Shown here piece after piece: positions 11,203 through 22,751 of a stretch of 64,000 nucleotides of DNA. A program made the translations under genes and the position numbers. The stretch's first letter is position 1; each line of letters starts with the position of its first letter. This stretch comes from Mobula hypostoma (taxonomy: Eukaryota), in the NCBI RefSeq assembly GCF_963921235.1, contig NC_086097.1, positions 30,196,001 through 30,260,000 on the forward strand, in the 5' to 3' direction. Below the pieces are notes generated by a model, which was given only the letters and a program-made list of their open reading frames with translations, was not told the DNA's origin and made no database searches.

Positions 11203-11627
11203 GTCCCTAAGACTTTTGCACATTACTGTAGTAATTTTATGTATTACATTGCCGCAAAATAAATCGTGACAGACATATGTGAGTGATGATAAACCTGATT
11301 CTGATATAGGTGTCTATTGTGGACTGAAGGTGGGAAGGGAGAGAGGAGAAAATGGGAAGTGCCAGAGAGACATTCTGTAATGATCAATAGACTGATTGTT
11401 TGGAATCAAATGACCATGCCTGGTGTCTCAGAGTGGGTGTGTCTGTACTCACCCCTGCCCCGGCACTCCTTTGCCACCTGTCCCACACCCACCCCGTGGC
11501 GCTCCACCCTCATCATTCCTAACGTCCTTTGCTCCTGCTGGATTTACAAACTCGCTCTCTGCTCCACATTGACAAGTACAGTACTGTGCAAAAATCATAG
11601 GTACCTAAGACCTTTGCACATACTGTA
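11203..11627. mobile_element. Tc1/mariner-like mini-MITE (11579-11625, TA-flanked palindrome) plus an orphan matching TIR (11203-11228)
   Basis: TA-CAGTACTGTGCAAAAATCATAGGT/ACCTAAGACCTTTGCACATACTG-TA. A second TIR, CCTAAGACTTTTGCACATTACTG-TA, lies ~350 bp upstream. Confidence 0.7.
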
Positions 11628-11659
11628 CATGTATTGCCACATGCATTGAGATACAGAAA

Positions 11660-12725
11660 AGGGACCTGGGCATGTGGGACTTCAGGCTTCTGTACGCCTG
11701 CCTGATGGTACCTGTGAGAAAATGGTATTGGCCGAACGGTGGGGTTTCTTGATGACGGATGCCATCTTCTTGAGGCAGCACCTCCTGTAGATGCTGTGGG
11801 TAGTGGGGAAGGCTGTGCCCACGATGGACCAGGCTGTGTCCACTGCAATCTGCAGCCTCTTACATTCCTGCTGTTGGAAATGTTGTACCACTGTTATTGG
11901 CCAAATCAAAGGTGGTGACGAATCGGTGTATAAGATTGAAAATCTGGTTGAACAGTGCTACAACAAAAACCTCTCACTTAACATGAGCAAAACCAAAGCA
12001 CTGATTATTGACTACAGGGGGAAAAATCCATGAGCCAGTGTCCATTAGGAGAAGGAAGGTAAGAGTCAGTAGCTATAAATTCCTTGGTGTTATCATCAGA
12101 GGATCTGCTTTGGTACCAGCACATAAGTGCCATTACAAAGAAGACATGACAGTGACTCTACTTTCTTGAAGTTTGTGTAGATTCAGCAGGTCATCTAAAA
12201 CTTTGACAAACTTCAGTAGGTGCACATTGGAGAATATCCTGACTGGTCTGTATGGAAACCCCAATGTATAGGAATGGAAAAGGCTGCAGGGTGTGGTGCA
12301 TACAGCCCAGTCCATCACAGGCAAAACCGTCCACACCTACAAGGAGAGATGCCCCAGGAATACAGCATCTAGCATCAAGGACCCCACCATCTGGGTTCTG
12401 CTCCCTTCTCACTGCTATCGTCGGTTTGGAGGTACCCAAGTCTTAGCTCCCACACCATTAGATTCAGGACCAGTTATTACTCTGCAAATATCAGGCTCCT
12501 GAACCAGCATGGACAACATCACTCACCTCAACACTGAACTGATTCTACGACCTACAGACTCACTTTTAATGACTCTTTATAACTCGTGTTCTCTATTATT
12601 ATTTTTATTTTCTCATTTAATTTTTTGCACATTGGTTGTTTGTCAGTCTTTGTTTATGTATGTTTTTTTGTAGCTTCTCTTCTATTTCTTTTTTTTTTCT
12701 GTAAATGCCTGCAAGGTGAATCTCA
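11660..12725. mobile_element. Two decayed Rex1/Babar-like fragments (minus ~11660-11880; plus ~11880-12725)
   Basis: VDTAWSIVG..RCCLKKMASVIK (minus); GGDESVY..CYNKNLSLNMSKTKALIIDYR (plus). Confidence 0.75.
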
Positions 12726-13004
12726 AAGTTCAAAGAGCTTATCAAAGTATGTATTCTATATAAATTGTAACCTTGAAATTTGTCTCCTGCAGGCAGCCAC
12801 AAAACAAAGAAAAATAATAGAACCCATTAAAAAAACACAAAAGGACGTCAAAAACCCAATGTGTGTGGGGGTGGGGGGAGAAAAGAACATTGTGCAAACA
12901 ATCAAAAATAAACAAATAACGCACAGAACATGAACAACAGAGTCTCTGAAAGTGAGACCACGGCCATGGAGCCAGTTCAGTGTTGCAACTGGTCCAGGAG
13001 CCCA

Positions 13005-13300
13005 ATGGTTGCAGGCCACAGCCACAGAGTCAGTTCAGTGCTGAGCCAAGTGTTGATGGTTGCAGGCCACAGCCACAGAGCCAGTTCAGTGTTGAGCCAA
13101 GTGCTGATAGATGCAGGCTACAGCCACAGAGTCAGTTCAGTGTTGAGCCAAGTGCTGATAGATGCAGGCTACAGCCACAGAGTCAGTTCAGTGCTGAGCC
13201 AAGTGCTGATGGTTGCAGGCCACAGCCACAGAGCCAGTTCAGTGTTGAGCCAAGTGCTGATAGATGCAGGCTACAGACACAGAGTCAGTTCAGTGCTGAG
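13005..13300 (+). repeat. 51-bp minisatellite, ~5.8 units, inside a non-autonomous repeat (~12725-13385, resuming at 16284)
   Basis: Unit ATGGTTGCAGGCCACAGCCACAGAGTCAGTTCAGTGCTGAGCCAAGTGTTG; 17-aa periodicity in the track ORFs. Confidence 0.92.
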
Positions 13301-13385
13301 CTGAGTAAGCCTCATGGTGTAGTGAGCTGAACTGAACTGAAGTGAGGTTCATTCTTCGCCTTCGGCCGTGACGCCTTGACTGTTT

Positions 13386-16273
13386 TGTAGGTTTCCGTGA
13401 ATAAAACCAAGTGAGGCGTTTTATGTTTAACGAAACCTGTAACACATTTTATTGAACTCTCAAAACCTCCACCACAAAAGCACGCTAAAAACCTTTTATG
13501 TAATAATGTCATCACATCAGACCAACCTCTTAAAGTGAAACCCCAACTCAGTGTTGGTTGTCCTGAATTATGTACGTTTCTCCCAATTACAGTTTAATCT
13601 GGCTCAGTGCTCACTGTTGAGAGGCTGACCAGGCAGTCGTGGCATCACTGGCTCTCGTAATGGCTGCATGTGTACCAATTCAACCACGGATGACTGCAGG
13701 CCCTCCTTAGGAGCAGCTCTGAGCCCCAGCAGGGCCCATGGGATCCAATCATGTCAACACTCATCTGTCAGGGTAGCCCTCAGAGCAGCTCTGAAACCGC
13801 TCACATAGGCCATTGCACTGCGGATGAAACGTTGTGGTGTGGTGTAGCCTAACGCTGAGGTTCAAGACCATCGCTGCCCAGAGATCTGAAATGAATTGGG
13901 ACCACAGTCAGAGAAAATATCAGATGAGGTGCCAAACCAAGCATAAAGCATAGTCTGGAGCATCAGTTGTAATGGCTTTGGTTGCTTTGGGGAGTGAGTG
14001 CACTAGCAGGGTTGCATTAGAAAGAGCTCATTTGGTATCATCAAATGCCCTGGTCATGTCCGCTGAAGAGTAAAGCACTTGATTAGGGGTATTGCCTTTA
14101 CAAGGGGAACATAAGTTCAGCAGCTCACGGAATGAAGTGGTGATAGAAATTCAACATGCCTAAAAACTCCTGTAGTTTTTTAGTAGTGCAAGGTGATGGG
14201 AAATCCATAATAGCGACTACCTTTGGGAGGGGCTTTGCACCTTCTGTGGAAATACGATGGCCGAGAAGGTCAATGGTTGGCAACCCAAACTGGCATTTAG
14301 CAGGGTTAATAATCAACCTGTGTTGGCTTAAGCACTCAAAGTATGCAGAGATGAGATAAGTGTTTGTATTTGGACACACTAGCGACAAGTATGTCTTCCA
14401 GGTAAGCAAAAAGAAAATCTAAGTCTTTTAATACAGAGTTCATCAACCACTGGAAAGTCTGTGCTGCATTTTTCAGCCCAGATGACATGCACAGAAACTC
14501 AAAAAGGCCAAACAGAGTTATCACAGCTGTTTTGGGAATGTCCTCTGAGCACACAGGCACCTGATGGTAGCCCCTGACTAGACTGACTTTGGAAAAAATA
14601 AACTTGCTGGCTAAACATGCCAAAAAGTCTTGAATGTGTGGGACCAGGTAACGATTGGGGGTGCTGGCCTCATTAAGGCTTCAGTCATCACCACATGGGC
14701 GGCAACCACCATCGGACTTGGAGACCACATGGAGGGGTGAAGCCCAGGGGCTATTCGACCAGCCTACAATGCCAAGTCCTTCCATGTTGACAAACTCAGC
14801 CTTTGTGGTTTCCAGCTTTTCTGGGTCCAGTCTACACACATGGGCACGGACTGGAGGGCCAGTTATGGAAATGTGGCACTCAACCCCATGTTTTGTGACT
14901 GTATTGGAGAATGTGGGCTTGGTGAGGCTTGGGAATTCACCCAGCAGTTGAGTAAACTCGCATGTGGAGGTGCATACACTTGATAGAGTCATTGTGGGGA
15001 ACTTGCTGGGAGAACAGGGTAAAGGCTCAAAGCCCTTTACATCCACAAGCCGGGAGTTCTTACGATCGATCAACAGTTCTTGGGCACACAGGAAATCCGC
15101 ATCGAGCAGAAATCTAGCCACTTTAGCCGGGACGAAGTCCCATATGTAACAGTGCCCACTGAAGCATAGGATCACCTGTTGTGTCCCGTAAGTCTAGATC
15201 TTGCTGCCACTGGCGGCCTCCAGCAAGGTTTCGTCACTTTGCCTTCTCATCAATAAGTGATACTGGCAGTACACTCACTTGAGCACCCGTGTCACACAGG
15301 AAGTGTCGCCCTGAAAGGGTGCCCGTAAATCACCCTGGCTGCTGGAACCCAGGGTGTTCACAGACCTTTGATGGCTGGTGTGCTTACACTGTTGAAGCTG
15401 CAAGGCGGTCGGCACTGCCTAGCATTCCTAACAAAGCAAGTATTGTAAAAGCACAGGCCCGGCATTATCTATTTCACAGCTGCAGGCATCCTTGTGTTGG
15501 GGGCCTTGTTGACGGGCTTATTGAGATGGAGAAAGATGGTGCATCGCTACATAGCTGAGTGGAGCCTATCAGCCATTTTAGCAAGCTCCCTATAGTCTTT
15601 CACAGGCGCATTAGCGAGGACTGTGCAAACTTGATCAGTCATCTGCTGCATGAAGAGTTATTTTAAAAATAAAACAAGGATAGTGATTTCCCAGGAGATA
15701 CGGCATATGGTCCATTAGCTCCAAAGGCCCAGCATTGCTGAGACTGGGTAAGGAGAGCAACTGTTTGGTGTGCTCAGACTCCGATAGTCCAAAAGTCTGT
15801 AAAAGATGAGTTTTCAGCGATCGGTATTTACCGTGTTCAGGTGGGTGTTCAAGCAGACTCACCACTCTTGCTGTGGCATAATTGCTGAGTAACACTACTA
15901 CTGCTACCATTTTTGGTGTTGTCGGTGGAGGTTTCCTGCAGGGTAAACTGGGCCTGGGCTTGTACGAACCAAGCCGGCGGCATGTTGCTCCCAAAACTCA
16001 GGCAGTTTCAAAGCAACTGCGTTGGGCTTCGTGTTCAATAACCCTGGAATCGTCCTAGATCATCGGGGTCACCAATGTAGGTTTCCACAGTAAAATAAAG
16101 TGAGGTGTTTTATGTTTAACAAAACATGTAACACATGTTGTCAAACTCCCTAAACCTACACCACAAAATCATGCTAAAGAACCTTTTACGTAATCATGTC
16201 AGACCAGCCCCTTAAAGTGTAGCCCCAGTTTGATGTCGGTGGTTGTGAATTGTGTACATTTCTCCCAATTACA
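13386..16273 (-). mobile_element. Decayed Ty3/Gypsy LTR retrotransposon with internal deletion
   Basis: TG..CA LTRs at 13386-13591 and 16076-16273. Gag start AVALKLPEFW, protease FLCDTGAQVSVLP, RT SNSPWASPLHVV / DIPKTAVIT.FGLFEF / GLKNAAQTFQ / AYLEDILVAS, integrase remnants ~13620-13960. Many stops and frameshifts. Confidence 0.92.
16063..16074 (-). promoter_or_regulatory. Primer-binding site complementary to the tRNA-Trp 3' end
   Basis: TGGTGACCCCGA, 1 nt inside the 5' LTR. Matches the first 12 nt of the canonical Trp PBS TGGTGACCCCGACGTGAT. Confidence 0.8.
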
Positions 16274-16515
16274 TTACCCTACGGTTTAATCTGGGTCAGT
16301 GCTGAAATTTGGCCAAACATCAGTTTGTTTTTCCACTCTTGGGCCCAGGCGCTGCTGCTTCGATTTGGCCCACGTTCACTCCAGCAATGGCCGCCATGCC
16401 CTGCAAAAATGCCAGTTCATACAGATGGTTCAAAAGCTCAACTCCCAAAGGGAAATTACAGGTTGTGGATTGCAGTGATCATAATCCAGGAAAAGTAAAA
16501 TCAATAGAATAGTAC

Positions 16516-17687
16516 ACACACACAATTCTGCAGATGCTGGAAATTCAAGCAACACACACCAAAGTTGCTGGTGAACACAGCAGGCCAAGCAGCATCTCTA
16601 GGAAGAGGTACAGTCGACGTTTCGGGCCGAGACCCTTCGTCAGGACTAACTGAAAGAAGAGTGAGTAAGAGATTTGAAAGTGGGAGGGGGAGGGGGAGAT
16701 CCAAAACGATAGGAGAAGACAGGAGGGGGAGGGATGGAGCCAAGAGCCGGACAGGTGATAGGCAAAAGGGGTATGAGAGGATCATGGGATGGGGGTCCGG
16801 GGAGAAAGAAAAGGGGGAGGGGGGAACCCCAGAGGATGGGCAAGGGGTATAGTCAGAGGGACAGAGGGAGAAAAAGAAGAGAGAGAGAGAGAAAGAATGT
16901 GTGTATATAAATGAGTAGCGGATGGGGTACGAGGGGGAGGTGGGGGCATTAGTGGAAGTTTGAGAAGTCAATGTTCATGCCATCAGGTTGGAGGCTACCC
17001 AGACGGAATGTAGGGTGTTGTTCTCCAACCTGAGTGTGGCTTCATCTTTACAGTAGAGGAGGCCGTGGATAGACATATCAGAATGGAAATGGGATGTGGA
17101 ATTAAAATGTGTGGCCACTGGGAGATCCTGCTTTCTCTGGCAGACAGAGCATAGGTGTTCAGAGAAACGATCTCCTAGTCTGCGTCGAGTCTCGCCAATA
17201 TATATAAGGCCATATCAGGAGCACCAGACGCAGTATATCACCCCAGCCGACTCACAGGTGAAGTGTTGCCTCACCTGGAAGGACTGTCTGGGGCCCTGAA
17301 TGGTGGTAAGGGAGGAAGTGTAAGGGCACGTGTAGCACTTGTTCCGCTTACAAGGATAAGTGCCGGGAGGGAGATCGGTGGGGAGGGATGGGGGGGAACG
17401 AATGGATAAGGGAGTCGCGTGGGAGTGATCCCTGCAGAAAGCAGAGAGAGAGGGGGAGGAAAAGATGTGCTTAGTGGTGGGATCCCGTTGGAGGTGGCGG
17501 AAGTTACAGAATAATATGTTGGACCCGGAGGCTGGTGGGGTGGTAGGTGAGGACGAGGGGAATCCTATTCCTAGTGGGGTGGCGGGAGGTTGGAATGAGA
17601 GCAGATGTGCGTGAAATGGGGGAGATGCGCTTGAGAGCAGAGTTGATGGTGGAGGAAGGGAAGACCCTTTCTTTAAAAAAGGAGCAC
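16516..17687 (-). mobile_element. Penelope-like retroelement (same subfamily as 5453-6558), 5'-truncated, frameshifted
   Basis: PCKRNKCYTC..HFTCESAGVIYC; pLTR with hammerhead. Probable TSD ATAGAATA(G/A)T(A/G)C (16504-16515, 17688-17699). Confidence 0.92.
16611..16648 (-). ncRNA. Minimal type I hammerhead ribozyme (intact core)
   Basis: Reverse complement is TAGTC-CTGACGA-AGGGTCTCGGCCC-GAAACGTC-GACTG. Confidence 0.85.
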
Positions 17688-18419
17688 ATAGAATAATGCT
17701 CCATAGAACAAAAAGTAGAATAGTTAGTAGTTTTGTTTGCTGCCCGCAAAGTGTCGCCATGTCTCACCAGTGCCAATGGGTATATATGGTAACACATACC
17801 TTACTTCCAAACCAGATACAACCAGAATATTTTCTAAAATGCATCTGTAGAAGTTTTTCTAAAGATTATTAAGCCAAATTTCTTAAGCTTCAAAAAAAAA
17901 AGTAGAGACATTCATGTGCTGCCTTTACGATTGCATCAATGTGCTGGGCCCAGGACAGGTCATCCAAGGTGTTACTAATTCTCTCCACTTCTGACCCACC
18001 AGTGAAAATTGGTACATGATCTCTCAGCCTCCCCTTTCTGAAGTCAATGATTAGTTATCTCTCTCTCTCTACTTTTGTAAGCAGATCATCTGGAAGTGCG
18101 GGCCCCTTTAAGAAACAAGGTTGCTCAGGGGAGCATTGTGCTTTTGTTGCAAGCCTCCCCTCCAGTGAAGGAACCCAGCACAAAATTAAATGGCTTCATG
18201 CACAAGCACACACATTAGCCTGTTCAACTGGAAGTGTTTAACCTGTGTTTGTAACGGTAGAACAGGAGCAGAGCTACCAATAAATCATTGGTGCATATGT
18301 GACTTTGCTCTGGACAAGCTGGCTTCAGATTGTCTAAGGTGGCCACAGTTCTTTGCTGGAATATCATACTGGATGGGTGGTTCCCTGTTACAGAGCCAGA
18401 GAGCAGTACAGCATGGAAA

Positions 18420-18722
18420 TCCCATGGGAGAGTCTAGGGACCAAAGGGCACAGCCTCAGAATAGGAAGATGTCCTCAAGGAACAGAAATGAGGAGGAATT
18501 TCTTCAGCCAGGTGGTGGTGAATCTGTGGAATTCATTGCTACAGATGGCTGTGGAGGCCAAGTCACTGGGTATATTTAAAGCATGGGTTGATATGTTTTT
18601 GATTAGTAAGAGCATCAAAGGTTACTGGGAGAAGGCAGAGAATGGGGTTGAGAAGGATAATAAATCAGTCATGATGGAATAGCGGAGCAGACTCAATGGG
18701 CTGGATGATAGTCTTATGGCCT
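18420..18722 (+). mobile_element. CR1 3' fragment
   Basis: EMRRNFFSQVVVNLWNSL..AVEAKSLGIFK plus 3' UTR. Confidence 0.85.
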
Positions 18723-19036
18723 ATGGTAGTAATGAGAAGAGGACATATCCTGGATGATGAGTGTCCTTAATAATGGCTGCTTCTTTCTTGAGGCAGTGCC
18801 TTTTGAAGGTATCCTTGATGGTGGGGAGGCCAGTGTCCATGATGGAGCTGGCAGGCTTTCCAACCCTCTGGAAACTCCGTACTCTGTGTGAAGAAGTTGC
18901 TCCTCAGATCCCTCTTACCTTAAACCTCAGCTCTCTAGTTTTCAGTTCCCCCTCCCTGGGAAAAGGCTGGGTACATTCACTCTGTCTACACCCCTCATGT
19001 TGTACATCTCTACAAGGAGACTTGTTCCAAGGAATA

Positions 19037-20342
19037 GTCATAGTCATACTTTATTAATCCTGGGGGAAATTGGTTTTTGTTACAGTTGTTCCATAAATAA
19101 TAAATAGTAATAGAACCACAAATAGTTAAATAGTAATATGTAAATTATGCCAGTAAATTATGAAATAAGTCCAGGACCAGCCTATTGGCTCAGGGTGTCT
19201 GACCCTTTAAGGGAGGAGTTGTAAAGTTTTATGGCCATAGGCAGGAATGACTTTCTATGATGCTCTGTGTTGCATCTCGGTGGAATGAGTCTCTGGCTGA
19301 ATGTACTCCTGTGCCCACCCAGTACATTATGTAGGGGATGGGAGACATTGACCAAGATGGCATGCAATTTAGACAGCATCCTCTTTTCAGACACCACCGT
19401 CAGAGAGTCCAGTTCCATCCCCACAACATCACTGGCCTTAGGAATGAGTTTGTTGATTCTGTTGGTGTCTGCCACCCTCAGCCTGCTGCTCCAGCACACA
19501 ACAGCAAACATGATAGCACTGGCCACCACAGACTCATAGAACATCCACAGCATCGTCTGGCAGATGTTAAAGGACCTCAGTCTCCTCAGGAAATAAAGAC
19601 GGCTCTGACCCTTCTTGTAGACAGCCTCAGTGTCCTTTGACCAGTCCAGTTTATTGTCAATTCGTATCCCCAGGTATTTGTAATCCTCCACCATGTCCAC
19701 ACTGACCCCCTGGATGGAAACAGGGGTCACCGGTACCTTAGCTCTCCTCAGGTCTACCACCAGCTCCTTAGTCTTTTTCACATTAAGCTGCAGATAATTC
19801 TGCTCACACCATGTGACAAAGTTTCCTCCCGTAGCCCTGTACTCAGCCTCATCTCCCTTGCTGATGCATCCAACTATGGCAGAGTCATCCGAAAACTTCT
19901 GAAGATGACAAGACTCTGTGCAGTAGTTGAAGTCTGAGGTGTAAATGGTGAAGAGAAAGGGAGACAAGACAGTCCCCTGTGGAGCCCCAGTGCTGCTGAT
20001 CACTCTGTCAGACACACAGTGTTGCAAGCACACGTACTGTGGTCTGCCAGTCAGGTAATCAAGAATCCATGACACCAGGGAAGCATCCACCTGCATCGCT
20101 GTCAGCTTCTCCCCCAGCACAGCAGGGCGGATGGTGTTGAACGCACTGGAGAAGTCAAAAAACATGACCCTCACAGTGCTCGCTGGCTTGTCCAGGTGGG
20201 CATAGACACGGTTCAACAGGAAGACGATGGCATCCTCAACTCCTAGTCGGGGCTGGTAGGCAAACTGGAGGGGATCTAAGTGTGGCCTGACCATAGGCCG
20301 GAGCAGCTCCAGAACAAGTCTCTCCAGGGTCTTCATGATGTG
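19037..20342 (-). mobile_element. Young Rex1/Babar non-LTR retrotransposon, 5'-truncated, inserted in a CR1
   Basis: Unbroken RT frame (LDPLQFAY, MFFDFSSAFNTI, TGAPQGTVLSPFLF, KFSDDSAI, YKYLG). (TATGAC)n tail. TSD GGAATA (19031-19036, 20343-20348). The first ~7 aa of the track ORF come from the host CR1. Confidence 0.93.
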
Positions 20343-21054
20343 GGAATAATGTCCCAGCTTGTCCAACCTCTCCCTATAACTCAGCCTTCCAGTCCCGACA
20401 GCGTCCTAGTAAATCTTTTCCGTGCACTTTCTTGACTAATGATGTCATTCCTATAACAGGGCAACCAAAACTAGACACAGTGCTCCAAGTGCAGTCTCAT
20501 CGTGTCTTGTACAACTGCAATATAACATCGCCACTTCTATACTCCGTGTCCAGACTGATGAAGTCCGGAGTACCTAGTGCCTTCTTCACCACCCTGTGTA
20601 CCTGAGACACGACTTTCAGCAAATTATGCGCATATACTCCAAGGTTCCTCTGTTCCACAACACCCCAGGGCATGACCATTCACTGTACAAATCCTATCCC
20701 GGTTGACCTCACACACACCCAGAGTTGCAATGTACAAAATAAATTTATTATCAAAGTATATAAATGTCCCAGTACACTCTTGAGATTCATTTTCTTGCAA
20801 GCATTCACAGTAAATATGAGAAAGATAATAGAATCAATGAAAGACCACACCCAACAGGACAGACAAACAACCAATGTGCAAAAGACAACAAACTGTGCAA
20901 ATACAAAAATAAAAAATAAGTAATAATATCAAGATTATGAGATGAAGAGTCCTTGAAAGTGCTTTCCTGCGGCAGTGTCTATTATCAAATTGAACATCAT
21001 TTGCCTTTCCTTGGCCCACTTATCCAGCTGATCGGTTCTGTTCCTGTTCTGTTA

Positions 21055-21535
21055 GGAGCTCGAGGAGATTTGGTATGTCACCAAAGGCTCTTACAAATTT
21101 CTACAGATGTACGGTGGAGAGCATTCTGACTGGTTGCATCACCGTCTGTTATGGAGCCTCCAATACACAGAGGATGCAGAGGGTTCTAGACTCAGCCAGT
21201 TCCATCATGGGCATCATCAAGGACATCCTCAAATGGCGATGCATCAAGAAGGTGACATCTGCCATTAAGGATCCTCATCATCTGGGACATGCTCCCTTCG
21301 CATGTCTATTATCAAGGAGAAGGTACAGGAGCCTGAAGACGCGCATTCAGTATTTTAGGAACAGCTTCTTCCCCTCCACCATCAGACTTTGAATGGGCCA
21401 TGAATTCATGAATACTGCCTCATTATTCATTTCATTCAGACTATTAATTTAATTTGAAGTTTATAGCAATATTGTGTCTTTGCATTATACTCTGCCACAA
21501 AATAACAAGTTTCATGTCAGTGATAATAAATTTAA
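21055..21535 (+). mobile_element. Decayed Rex1/Babar-like 3' fragment
   Basis: MSPKALTNFYRCTVESILTGCITVCYG..KDPHH.GHA.F..L.S.RRYRSLK..NSFFPSTIRL. Confidence 0.85.
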
Positions 21536-22189
21536 TTGTGTCACCACAATGATGTCAGGATCCTAGGGTTCATTTTCCATGGAATTCTGCCCGGCTTGCT
21601 GACTGCTTTCAGCATCTTTTCTGCTTATGAGGAGCCTTGTGTTGATGGTTCATGCACTTACAATTAGGGAAATCAACCTGATCCTTCAAAAGTTCAGAAT
21701 GTCTTTGAAATTTCTTGATTGAGGATGTTTCACGTCGGTTCCTGGCCTGGCTAAGTTTCAAGATCAAATGACTGTTCTTGACAAGGAAGCTTGAAAGATT
21801 TGTATTCAGTTGTGACTTGGCAGTTCCACCGAAAACATTCTGTAATGACGACAGCTCCTCATTGTCATTGGGCAAGGAAGTTGCTACATAATTCACCAGC
21901 CAGTCTCCTTTAGTTTGTCAATTTTAGTATACAATAATTCTGTATCAAGATATTCTGGACATGGGTCACATTATGAATAGATTTCAACCACAGATGTGGG
22001 TCAGATTCTATTAAAATTAGCACTTGGTGAATTGGACTGTCTAAGATGAAATTATCTCACAGAAGTGGTGAGTAAAGCAGGATGTTAACCATTTGGCTAC
22101 TTAGTTTCAGTAACAAAAATATTTTGAAGTCCGTTCCTAGTTCTTTTCTGATTCAGCAGCCAGAGCTATCCGCAAACAAAAGAAGGCAC

Positions 22190-22751
22190 TGTACCCATGT
22201 TAAAGGTTATAAGAAATTTGTTTGTTAGAGAGGCATAAATAATAAAATACAGAAAGAAAGAAAAATGATTAATAAAATAGTAAAAGAGACAAAATAATAC
22301 TATCAACCAATCGCTCAGCCACACCACACAATATATTGCTGTAGGGAACCGCAAGTATCTGACAGCATTTTTAGTCTCTCTCACTTCCCTCGCGCCTCCA
22401 CCCTCTCCTCCCCTCCCCTCCCTCTCCTTCTTTCTCTCCCTATATACTTGTCTCTATCTCCAACACATAGCACCAGTCACCACCCAGCCTGAGAAGGTTT
22501 CCCCTTGCACAAAAAAATTGCCCCTTTTTATACCCTTCAATATCCCTTCAAAAACCTATCATAACTACCCCAGTACTTTCCCAGTCTAACATGTTTTTCA
22601 CCATTGCCTACTCTCAAATCTGTCGCCTGGCACTCACGCTAAGTTCTCGAAGCATTGCTGTGAGTTGGTTCCCTTGTACCTTCTCAAAGCATTCCCACAT
22701 TCCAGACTAACACCTTTTAATTCCTTCCGTACAGCTGCCCGTGATCTCACA
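22190..22751 (-). mobile_element. Possible solo LTR
   Basis: TG..CA candidate ends and a strong minus-strand GGGTATAAAAAGGGG TATA element (22525-22532). No TSD found; right boundary uncertain. Confidence 0.3.

Noticed and set aside
11660..12725. Twin-priming 5' inversion of one Rex1 element
   Set aside because: The two opposite pieces overlap in consensus position and differ in sequence, so they are separate insertions.
21075..21392. ALKBH8 N-terminal/DUF1891-like host gene (also 55229-55417 and 56185-56541)
   Set aside because: The NFYRCT.ESILTGCIT.WYG motif is the C-terminal part of Rex1/Babar-like ORFs, present here in many decayed copies with LINE tails.
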